From a virus: DNA of 39,692 nucleotides. The notes beneath the pieces are model-generated. The model searched no databases, was not told the DNA's origin, and saw only the letters and a program-made list of their open reading frames with translations. How positions within the stretch are numbered: position 1 is the stretch's first letter; the number at the start of each line of letters is the position of its first letter. Shown in pieces: positions 17,053 to 25,256 of the stretch. The translations under genes were made by a program, and so were the position numbers. The stretch lies in the IMG/VR virus record IMGVR_UViG_3300045988_124394. One strand, written 5' to 3'.

Positions 17053-17429
17053 TGAAAGTAAGTTCTGTAATAAGATTGAATCTTCCAAAAATCAGAGAAT
17101 TGACGGATGCACAAGTAGAAGCCTTAGAACAGACGGCAGAAGCATTACATACAGAAGTGATACAGGCGGAGATTATGCCTCACGATACTGGAAATCTTCA
17201 AAATGAATCCACTTTTGTAGATACGTCCAAAAGTAAGCAAGGAAAAGTTTCGCTAGTATCCAGTACTCCATACGCCCGCCGCTTGTATTTTCACCCAGAG
17301 TATCATTTTCAAAAGTATGAGAATGCTTTTGCGAGCGGTAAATGGTACGAACCCTGGATTGATGGGGTATCTGCTGATTTTTGTAGGGAAGCATATAAAA
17401 AGATTTATAAGAGGTTAACAGACGTATGA
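17049..17429 (+). CDS. HK97 gp10-like tail-completion protein
   Basis: ..IMPHDTGNLQNES.. motif and position. Confidence 0.55.
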   Translation: MMKVSSVIRLNLPKIRELTDAQVEALEQTAEALHTEVIQAEIMPHDTGNLQNESTFVDTSKSKQGKVSLVSSTPYARRLYFHPEYHFQKYENAFASGKWYEPWIDGVSADFCREAYKKIYKRLTDV

Positions 17430-17833
17430 CACTTGCAGATGTAAGAGATTATATCGCATCTTTAAACTTAACAAAAGAAGTATACATGGGGAAACTTCCA
17501 GATAAACCGGAACAGTCCATAGGAGTTTACAACAGCAAGCATCAGTATCCACCCCACAGAACCCTTGGAGGCCCAGACTGGCAAGGATACGGGATAAAGC
17601 ACGTAACTTTGCTTGTGCACTGGAATAAGTCGCCTAGAGACACGGAAAAGGCAGCAACAGCCTTATTTGACGCAATAAATGTTGTAAGAGATGCGAAAAT
17701 AAACGAAACAACAATAAAATTTATACAGACACTTTATGATTTACAAGAGATTGGAACAGATGATGCTGGTGTTTATGAGTATGTCATTGAAGCGGCTGTT
17801 ATTTATGAAAAGGAGGTAAAAAATGAGCGGTAA
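17426..17833 (+). CDS. Tail terminator / neck protein
   Basis: ATGA overlap. Lies just upstream of the tail tube gene. Confidence 0.5.
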   Translation: MTLADVRDYIASLNLTKEVYMGKLPDKPEQSIGVYNSKHQYPPHRTLGGPDWQGYGIKHVTLLVHWNKSPRDTEKAATALFDAINVVRDAKINETTIKFIQTLYDLQEIGTDDAGVYEYVIEAAVIYEKEVKNER

Positions 17834-18260
17834 AGCGACAAATGTATTCCCTGTCTTAGACAATAAATTTAAGGCAGGAGCAGCAAAAGAATCAGCAACT
17901 ATGATTGCAGATATGGAAAGTTTTTCAGTGGCGTTTTCAAATGGAGTACAGACATGGACTCCAATGGATCAGGAAGGCTGGCAGAGAGGATTAATGACAG
18001 CAAAAGCAATCACAATTACCCTCAATGGAAAGCGAAATGTCGGAGATACAGGAAATGATTTCGTAGCTGGAAAAGCGTTCAAAAACGGGCACGATGCAGA
18101 AGGGTATTTTGAGTGGGAGATGCCTGATGGCACAAGTATAGCATGGGAAAACGCAATCTTTGATATCAAAAACTGTGGCGGCGGTAACAGTACCGATGTC
18201 GGACCATTAGAATTTGATACGATCAGTAACGGAAAGCCGACAATCACACCGGCTGTATAG
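17823..18260 (+). CDS. Major tail (tube) protein
   Basis: 145 aa, directly upstream of the chaperone pair and tape measure. Confidence 0.7.
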   Translation: MSGKATNVFPVLDNKFKAGAAKESATMIADMESFSVAFSNGVQTWTPMDQEGWQRGLMTAKAITITLNGKRNVGDTGNDFVAGKAFKNGHDAEGYFEWEMPDGTSIAWENAIFDIKNCGGGNSTDVGPLEFDTISNGKPTITPAV

Positions 18261-18273
18261 AAAAGGAGATACA

Positions 18274-18576
18274 ATGACGAAAAGAATCAACATTACAGAT
18301 AAATTGTGTTTTGAAGAAAATCCAGTTTTGGAAATCGGAACATTGGACGTAGAAGTAAAAGCAGATGCGGAAACAATGCTTCGCCTGATGGGAGTGTTCT
18401 CAGAGAAGACAGAACTTGAAGCGGTAGGAGAAGCATTAAATCTGATATTTGCACCAGAAGACGTGGAAGCTATTTGCAATCTTGAAAGAAACGGAAGAAA
18501 ATTGTCCGCAAAATCATTAATGACAATCGTACAGGCTGCAATGTCTTTGGTGATGGGAGACGAACAGGGAGAGTAG
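18274..18576 (+). CDS. Tail assembly chaperone (gpG-like)
   Basis: ATG 18274 behind AAAGGAGA. 100-aa acidic protein before the tape measure. Confidence 0.6.
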   Translation: MTKRINITDKLCFEENPVLEIGTLDVEVKADAETMLRLMGVFSEKTELEAVGEALNLIFAPEDVEAICNLERNGRKLSAKSLMTIVQAAMSLVMGDEQGE

Positions 18577-18592
18577 TGACCCGTACTATGAT

Positions 18593-18931
18593 TTGATAGA
18601 AGACTTCTCGTTGATTATTTCTTCTTTTCAGTCACAGTACGGGATTCGTTTGTCAAGAGAACTTCCGGCCGGAATGAAATGGGATGAATTTAGAGACCTC
18701 CTGATTGGCCTTGGACCGGATACGGCACTTGGTAGAGTTGTAGCAATCCGGGCAGAAGACAGGAAGGAATATCTTGAAAACTTCACCCCAGAACAACACC
18801 GAATCAGAAATGAATGGCAACGGAAGCGAGCAAAATATTTAGCTCAGACAATAACAAAAGAACAGATGAATAATACAATGAACATGTTTAAAACAGCATT
18901 TTTAAGCATGGATGGATTAGGAAGTGATTAA
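18593..18931 (+). CDS. Second tail chaperone-like protein (Gp15/gpT-like)
   Basis: The ORF is open from 18554 in the +1 frame relative to 18274..18576. TTG 18593 is the first canonical start. Confidence 0.5.
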   Translation: MIEDFSLIISSFQSQYGIRLSRELPAGMKWDEFRDLLIGLGPDTALGRVVAIRAEDRKEYLENFTPEQHRIRNEWQRKRAKYLAQTITKEQMNNTMNMFKTAFLSMDGLGSD

Positions 18932-18933
18932 AA

Positions 18934-19083
18934 ATTGAAAGAAAGAAGATAAAATGTCCTTACTGTGGACACGAACAAAAAATTCAGTACGCCCCGGATG
19001 CAAAATGCCGGGGCGTATTTTTCAAGTGTCAGGCAAGACACTGTAAAAAGATATTTGAGATAAAGATTAATCCGGGCAAGTAG
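18934..19083 (+). CDS. Possible Com-like four-Cys zinc-ribbon peptide lacking a canonical start codon
   Basis: Frame open 18928-19083: ..IKCPYCGHEQKIQYAPDAKCRGVFFKCQARHCKKIFEIKINPGK. There is no ATG/GTG/TTG before the first Cys. ATT 18934 lies 6 nt after AGGAAGTGA. Confidence 0.3.
   Translation: MERKKIKCPYCGHEQKIQYAPDAKCRGVFFKCQARHCKKIFEIKINPGK
18988..19022 (+). terminator. Terminator-like GC-rich hairpin between chaperones and tape measure
   Basis: TACGCCCCGG-atgcaaaatg-CCGGGGCGTA perfect 10-bp stem followed by TTTTT. Confidence 0.6.
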
Positions 19084-19121
19084 TGCCATGTGCCGATGCC
19101 TTTTAAAAAGGTGGTGGTATT

Positions 19122-22097
19122 ATGGCGGCTACAAGCGTAGGCGAGATTGGACTTGACCTGGTCGTAAATCAAAATCAATTTAAAACACAGATGGCAGGAA
19201 TCACTGGACTTGCTAAAAAAGCCGGTATGGCTTTAGCTGCCGCTTTTTCGATTAAAAAAGTAGTAGATTTCGGAAAGTCTTGTTTAGAACTTGGCTCTGA
19301 TTTAGCAGAAGTTCAGAATGTAGTTGATGTTACATTTCCGTCTATAACGGCACAAGTTGACAAATTTGCACAGAGTGCAGCTAAAAGCTTTGGATTGTCA
19401 GAAACGATGGCAAAACAGTACACTGGTACATTTGGAGCGATGGCGAAAGCTTTTGGTTTTACGGAAAAACAAGCCTATGATATGGGAACCACTCTCACGG
19501 GTCTGGCGGGCGATGTGGCATCATTTTACAATATCAGTCAGGATGAAGCCTATACGAAGCTGAAAAGCGTCTTCACAGGTGAGACAGAGTCTTTGAAAGA
19601 CTTAGGCGTGGTAATGACCCAGAGCGCCTTAGATGCGTATGCGATGGCAAATGGTTTTGGCAAGACAACGGCTCAGATGAGCGAAGCAGAAAAGGTAGCT
19701 CTCAGATATGCGTTTGTACAAGATCAGTTGACAGCAGCAACAGGAGATTTTGCAAGGACTTCTGACTCATGGGCGAACCAATGCCGTATCATGAAACTGC
19801 AGTTTGATTCCTTGAAGGCCAGTATTGGACAAGGGTTGATTAATTTATTTACCCCTGTCCTTCGCGTTATTAATGCAGTGATTGGAAAGCTTGCTGTATT
19901 AGCGAGCGCATTTAAGAGTTTTACAGAACTTATAACAGGAAAAAAATCTAGTGCACAGCAGATAGCGGATGCGGGGAATGCAGCGAGCACCGGAATGGAT
20001 AGCGCTGCAGAATCGGCGGATAATGCTACAAAATCAACAAATAAGACGGCTGGGGCCGCAAAGAAAGCCGCAAAAGAGATGCGTTCCCTGATGGGATTTG
20101 ACAAGATTAATAAGTTAGATTCAAAGACAGACAGCTCAACGCCCCTTAATAGGAACGCAGTCCCTCCAACAGATTTTGGAAGTTTGGCGCAAGGGGATAC
20201 TGTAATTGATAAAACAGACAAGAAAATGCAGGGATTAATCAACCGTTGCAAAGAACTTGCAGATTTATTTAAAAAAGGTTTTCAGATTGGATTTGGAGAT
20301 TCTGATAAGAAAATCGATTCGATAAACACCAGTATTAAAAATATTGGAAAGAATCTCAAAGAAATCTTTACGGATCCAGCAATTGTTCGTGCGGCGAATG
20401 AATGTGCAAATTCCATCGCACTTGCATTTGGAAAGATTACAGGTTCTTTTACTCGAATTGGTCTTACTATCGCTGATAATCTTATTGGTGGCGTAGATAA
20501 ATATCTCGAAAAAAGCAAAGATTATATTAAAAAGAATCTTATATCTATTTTTGATGTAACTGGTGAAATTGCAGACTTATCTGGTAATTTCGCGGTTGCT
20601 ATTGCAGATATTTTTGACGTTTTTTCAAGTGATGATGCAAAAGGAATAACAGCTGATATTATCGGTATTTTTGCAGATGGCTATCTTGGAGCAACAACTG
20701 TTGGCCTGAAATTTGTAAGAGATATTGAAAAACTTATTGTCACACCTGTTACACAGAACGTCGACAAAATAAAAACGGCGTTTGAAAATATATTATTGCC
20801 AATCCGAATTGTAATGGACACAATCCGCCAATCAGTAAAAGATACTTTTACAAAAATAAACGCTGTATATGATAAACACATAGCTCCATTTTCTGATTCT
20901 ATCGCTCAGGGTATCTCTGAGATTGTCGGAACGTTACTTGATGGGTTCAACACTTATGTAGCACCTGTATTGCAGGGGCTGGCAACAGATTTTGACGGAA
21001 CATGGAAAGATTCTGTGCAACCTGCGCTGAATGGGATTATTGAGCTACTTGGAAGTGTATTCGACCTGTTAAAAGTGCTATGGGAAAATCTACTACAGCC
21101 AATCTTAAATTGGGCAGTAAAAAATGCCATGCCTATCATAGCGTCACTCATTAAAAATACGGGTGATGATTTTAACTGGGTACTGGGCGTTATATCAGGC
21201 GTGATATCAGAAACCGCGAAGCTCCTTAAAGGATTGATAGATTTCTTGACAGGAGTATTTTCCGGGGATTGGAAAAAAGCATTCAGCGGCTTAAAAGAAA
21301 TTGCAGATAGTTTTAAAATGAGTTTCAAAGCGGCTTGGAAATATATAAAAGATGGTGTTTTGGGCGGGACATTGGCCCATATCAAGACAGTATTTTCTCC
21401 TGCCTGGAATGGATTTTTTAAAGATTTTAAATCTGTAGCAGAGGGGTTCAAGACCAAGCTTAAAAACGTGTTTAGCAGTGGCCAAACATATTTTAACGGA
21501 ATCATTACTTTTGTAAATAATAAATTCTTGGGCAAGTGGAAAAAAGCCTGGAAAAACATTAGAGACACCTTCTCGGATGTATTCGGCGCACTTGGTTCGT
21601 TAGCGAAGAAGCCGATTAATGCGATAATCTCAGCTTTTAATTCGGTAATAAAAACAATCAATGCTTTAATTACGAAAATTAACAGCATTAAGTTTACGAT
21701 TGACATCCCAGACTGGATTCCGGGTTTCGGAGGAAGTTCATGGGGATTCAGTGGTTTTAGCATCCCTAAGATGTCTTATGTGCCAGCATTAGCACAGGGC
21801 GCATACGTAAAACCAAATACACCACAGCTTGCCATGATTGGTGACAATATGCATCAAGGCGAGTTTGTAGCCCCAGAGGATAAATTAAAAGAAATGGCAA
21901 AACAAGCCGTCAGAGAAGCCGGAGGCAGCGGAGTAACAAAAGAAGAATTAGAATCTATCGTCAATAGGGCGGTAATGAGAATTGTAACTGCACTGGCGGA
22001 AATGGGATTCTATATTGATTCAGAGCAAGTAGGCAGAGCGACACAAGCGGCTCGCACAGCAGCAGACCGTAGATTTAACGCGGTGGAGGTAGGGTGA
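19122..22097 (+). CDS. Tail tape measure protein
   Basis: 991 aa with hydrophobic/helical repeats, in the canonical position. Confidence 0.9.
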   Translation: MAATSVGEIGLDLVVNQNQFKTQMAGITGLAKKAGMALAAAFSIKKVVDFGKSCLELGSDLAEVQNVVDVTFPSITAQVDKFAQSAAKSFGLSETMAKQYTGTFGAMAKAFGFTEKQAYDMGTTLTGLAGDVASFYNISQDEAYTKLKSVFTGETESLKDLGVVMTQSALDAYAMANGFGKTTAQMSEAEKVALRYAFVQDQLTAATGDFARTSDSWANQCRIMKLQFDSLKASIGQGLINLFTPVLRVINAVIGKLAVLASAFKSFTELITGKKSSAQQIADAGNAASTGMDSAAESADNATKSTNKTAGAAKKAAKEMRSLMGFDKINKLDSKTDSSTPLNRNAVPPTDFGSLAQGDTVIDKTDKKMQGLINRCKELADLFKKGFQIGFGDSDKKIDSINTSIKNIGKNLKEIFTDPAIVRAANECANSIALAFGKITGSFTRIGLTIADNLIGGVDKYLEKSKDYIKKNLISIFDVTGEIADLSGNFAVAIADIFDVFSSDDAKGITADIIGIFADGYLGATTVGLKFVRDIEKLIVTPVTQNVDKIKTAFENILLPIRIVMDTIRQSVKDTFTKINAVYDKHIAPFSDSIAQGISEIVGTLLDGFNTYVAPVLQGLATDFDGTWKDSVQPALNGIIELLGSVFDLLKVLWENLLQPILNWAVKNAMPIIASLIKNTGDDFNWVLGVISGVISETAKLLKGLIDFLTGVFSGDWKKAFSGLKEIADSFKMSFKAAWKYIKDGVLGGTLAHIKTVFSPAWNGFFKDFKSVAEGFKTKLKNVFSSGQTYFNGIITFVNNKFLGKWKKAWKNIRDTFSDVFGALGSLAKKPINAIISAFNSVIKTINALITKINSIKFTIDIPDWIPGFGGSSWGFSGFSIPKMSYVPALAQGAYVKPNTPQLAMIGDNMHQGEFVAPEDKLKEMAKQAVREAGGSGVTKEELESIVNRAVMRIVTALAEMGFYIDSEQVGRATQAARTAADRRFNAVEVG

Positions 22098-22453
22098 TGG
22101 CGAAAAGAATCATATGGTCAGGAAGTACTACCCTTCCTGCACCAACAAGTCTTTCGGTAAATGATGAAATCATATGGTCATCTGACACAGGAAGAACACT
22201 CTCAGGTCGCATGGTCGGAGATCCGGTAGCACAAAAAAAGACCGTATCCCTTAAGTGGGAATATTTAACGGAAGCAGAAGAAAAGATTATAAAAAATACT
22301 CTGGTTCCCGGATACTTCCCGGTATCTTTTCGCGATGATGGGATAGATATTACAATCGAAATGTACCGGGGAACATTAAGCAAGGAACAGCTTGGATGGC
22401 TCTCGGGTATCTTTTATTACAAAAGCGTTTCGGTAGATATAGTACAGAGGTGA
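22094..22453 (+). CDS. Distal tail / baseplate component (short)
   Basis: GTGATG overlap with the tape measure stop. Assigned by position. Confidence 0.5.
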   Translation: MMAKRIIWSGSTTLPAPTSLSVNDEIIWSSDTGRTLSGRMVGDPVAQKKTVSLKWEYLTEAEEKIIKNTLVPGYFPVSFRDDGIDITIEMYRGTLSKEQLGWLSGIFYYKSVSVDIVQR

Positions 22454-22457
22454 TGAA

Positions 22458-24491
22458 ATGATAAATACATCAGCCGAATATAAAAAAACAATATTAAAAA
22501 ATAGAGTTTTGCATCATGAAACAAAAATAGAGTTCGCGGATGGGACCGTTATTACAGCGCAAGACGCAGACCTATATACATTTAAGATTTCCGATAATAC
22601 ATCAAATACAAATAGTTTTGACATCGGAGCGGCTATTGCAAAACAGTTAGAACTCAAGATAGACAATATTGAGGGGGCTTATAGCGAGCGTAACTTTTCA
22701 GGAGCGAAGATTACGGCCAGAGTCGGACTTGAATTATCAGAAACAACAGAATGGCTAAAAAAAGGAATTTTTTACGCAGAACCTGGAACACTTTCAGGAG
22801 ATACGGTAAGTGTCACAGCTCTCGACAGTATGACAAAATTCGATAAGTCATATACAGAAAGTAAATTGCAGTATCCGGCCACGCTTGGTCAGATTGTAAG
22901 AGATACCTGCAGTGCTTGCAATGTGTCTATGTCAGCAGATATAGCCTCTTTTCCTCAGAATAACTTTGTCGTAACTGCCAGACCCTCAGATACATCTTTA
23001 ACTTTTAGGCAGGTTCTCCAGTATGTCGGAGAAATTGCCTGCCTATTTTTTAAGATCAATGAAGATGATGAGTTAACAGCGAGCTGGTACAATACTTCCC
23101 TTTTGGAATCTGAAAACATTAAAGAAAATACGGAAACTGTAAAAGTAGAAGACTACACAGGAACAATAGAAACAGATGACGTTGTAGTAACTGGAATAAA
23201 GGTTGTAGAAGAAAGCACAACTGATTCGGACACAGAAAAAAATGAAACAGAATATCTCTATGGAACAAAAGGGTACGTCTTAGAAATTAAAGAAAATAAA
23301 TTGATTCAGGACGGGAAAGGAGCTTCTGTAGCCGAGTTCGTAGGTAAAAAAGTCAATGGTCTTACATTCAGACCCTTGACGATAAAATGCCAGGGAGACC
23401 CTGCAATAGAGGCCGGAGACATAGCCGTAGTTACTGACCGGAAAGGAAAAGAATACAAAACAATCCTTACAGGAGCAACATATACGGCAAAAGCTCTACA
23501 GGAATTGCTGTGCGGGGCGGTATCACCAGAGCGCCTCTCATCAACGAGATACAGTAAAGCAACACAGGTCTATAGAGAACTAAGGAAAACTCTGACACAA
23601 CAGCAATCAGAGTTTTCAAAAGCACTCGAAGGTTTAAAAAATGCAATGGATGAAAAACAAGGGCTTTATCCGGTAACAGAGAAGCAGGAAGACGGGAGCA
23701 ATATTTTATATTTTTGCGATAAACCTACAAGGAAAGAATCTAAAGTAGTGATTGAATTAAATGCGAAAGGCTGGGGAATGTCAACAGATGGCGGAAAAAC
23801 CTGGAACGCTGGAACGCTGGTGGATGGAACTACGATAACTAAGATATTGAATACAATAGGCGTTAATGCAGATTGGATTAATACGGGCGCTCTGACGGTT
23901 AAGGATGATGAGGAAAATATAATATTTCAGGTTGACATCAATACTAAAACAGTGACCGTTTCAGGAAATATTTTCTTAGGAAATAAAGATAATAAAAAAG
24001 GCTTCTTAAAAATACTTGATAAAAATGGAAACGTAAAAACTATTCTTGACAAAGATGGTATTGTACATTTTGATTCTGAAAATAAAAGTGCACCTTACCA
24101 TTATCGTTCAGAACATTGTGAATTGAGAATTCGATATAAAGACTTTGAGGGTGGTGGGCAAGAAGTATGTACTGCATCTGTAGAATTTATGCTTGCAGAA
24201 ACTTCGCTATCGGAAGAATTTTTAAAATATTGGATGACCTATGGTTCAGATGCAATCAAAATAACAGCAAGTATCAAAAAAATAGTGAGCCCGGGAAGTC
24301 CAAACGTAAACGGAATATACGCCTTGGGTACGTTTGGAATTGGAGACATTGATTTATATTTTGATGATGTAAAGACTCCATGCATGAAAGTAAATATTGA
24401 GTGTTCATACATTAATTATGGTTTCAATAATATATCTCCGCGCTACATTGCGCCAAATTACGTCTATCTTAACGTGGACATTGTATATTAA
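22458..24491 (+). CDS. Tail-associated / baseplate hub protein (prophage tail endopeptidase-family-like)
   Basis: 677 aa. Assigned by position after the Dit-like gene. Confidence 0.6.
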   Translation: MINTSAEYKKTILKNRVLHHETKIEFADGTVITAQDADLYTFKISDNTSNTNSFDIGAAIAKQLELKIDNIEGAYSERNFSGAKITARVGLELSETTEWLKKGIFYAEPGTLSGDTVSVTALDSMTKFDKSYTESKLQYPATLGQIVRDTCSACNVSMSADIASFPQNNFVVTARPSDTSLTFRQVLQYVGEIACLFFKINEDDELTASWYNTSLLESENIKENTETVKVEDYTGTIETDDVVVTGIKVVEESTTDSDTEKNETEYLYGTKGYVLEIKENKLIQDGKGASVAEFVGKKVNGLTFRPLTIKCQGDPAIEAGDIAVVTDRKGKEYKTILTGATYTAKALQELLCGAVSPERLSSTRYSKATQVYRELRKTLTQQQSEFSKALEGLKNAMDEKQGLYPVTEKQEDGSNILYFCDKPTRKESKVVIELNAKGWGMSTDGGKTWNAGTLVDGTTITKILNTIGVNADWINTGALTVKDDEENIIFQVDINTKTVTVSGNIFLGNKDNKKGFLKILDKNGNVKTILDKDGIVHFDSENKSAPYHYRSEHCELRIRYKDFEGGGQEVCTASVEFMLAETSLSEEFLKYWMTYGSDAIKITASIKKIVSPGSPNVNGIYALGTFGIGDIDLYFDDVKTPCMKVNIECSYINYGFNNISPRYIAPNYVYLNVDIVY

Positions 24492-24501
24492 GAGGTGAAA
24501 T

Positions 24502-25236
24502 ATGGAAACGATAACAGCATTTTTTGAAGAAAGCAATTATTGCAAGGCCTCAGGCCTCTGGCAATATGATTACGGACAAACACTTTCAATAGAAGGATTA
24601 AGCCTTCCTAAAATAGTAGAAGTTCACTTTTCCTTAGATGATAAAAGCGGAGACTCGATAACAAGAATAGGACTAACTGAAAACGGCATCACGACAGTAC
24701 ATATTCCAGACACACTATTAGAAAATGATGATACCGCGTCAAATTACAATATATATGCATTTATATACATCGCAGATTCCATAGAAGGTAACACGGAATA
24801 CCGTATCACTATGCCGGTAAAGGCGCGCCCTAAACCAAATGTTTCAGAAAGTTCAGAAGACCCAGGAATGTTCCATGAAGTCATTGGAGCGGTTAATAAA
24901 GTAGCAAGCGAAACAGAACAGGCGAAGAAAGAAGCGGAATCCTGGGCGCATGGCCACGCGGACTATCCTGATCGAGATACCGACAACGCTGCATATTATG
25001 CTTCAGAAGCAAAAAACGCAGCAAAAGAAGTACCAGGGCGGGTTAAAGAGGGCAAACAGCAGATTGATGACTATGTGAGGGAAAAAGAGACACAACTGAA
25101 AGGTGAGACAGGAAATGTATATTTCGCAGGCTTTGCAGTCGTAAAAGGTAGGCTAAAAATGTATTCAGACCCCACTGTGGATAAGGTACGTTTTCGCCGG
25201 GAAGGTAGCCGTTTAAAATATAGGTTAGCATTATAG
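24502..25236 (+). CDS. Baseplate / fibre-associated structural protein
   Basis: 244 aa with ..AAYYASEAKNAAKE.. fibre-like repeat content, directly upstream of the tail fibre. Confidence 0.55.
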   Translation: METITAFFEESNYCKASGLWQYDYGQTLSIEGLSLPKIVEVHFSLDDKSGDSITRIGLTENGITTVHIPDTLLENDDTASNYNIYAFIYIADSIEGNTEYRITMPVKARPKPNVSESSEDPGMFHEVIGAVNKVASETEQAKKEAESWAHGHADYPDRDTDNAAYYASEAKNAAKEVPGRVKEGKQQIDDYVREKETQLKGETGNVYFAGFAVVKGRLKMYSDPTVDKVRFRREGSRLKYRLAL

Positions 25237-25256
25237 GTTGAAAGGAAGGTGAGAAG

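Noticed and set aside
18554-18595. Canonical gpG/gpT -1 programmed frameshift between the two chaperone ORFs
   Set aside because: The downstream ORF is in the +1 (not -1) frame. The 23-nt overlap window (..ATGGGAGACGAACAGGGAGAGTAG) has no XXXYYYZ slippery heptamer or prfB-like re-pairing codon. Independent initiation at TTG 18593 is the simpler reading, although a non-canonical shift cannot be excluded.
19724-21763. Long antisense ORFs (175 aa and 269 aa) inside the tape measure gene
   Set aside because: No ribosome-binding sites and hydrophobic low-information translations. The sense strand encodes an uninterrupted 991-aa protein in the canonical position.
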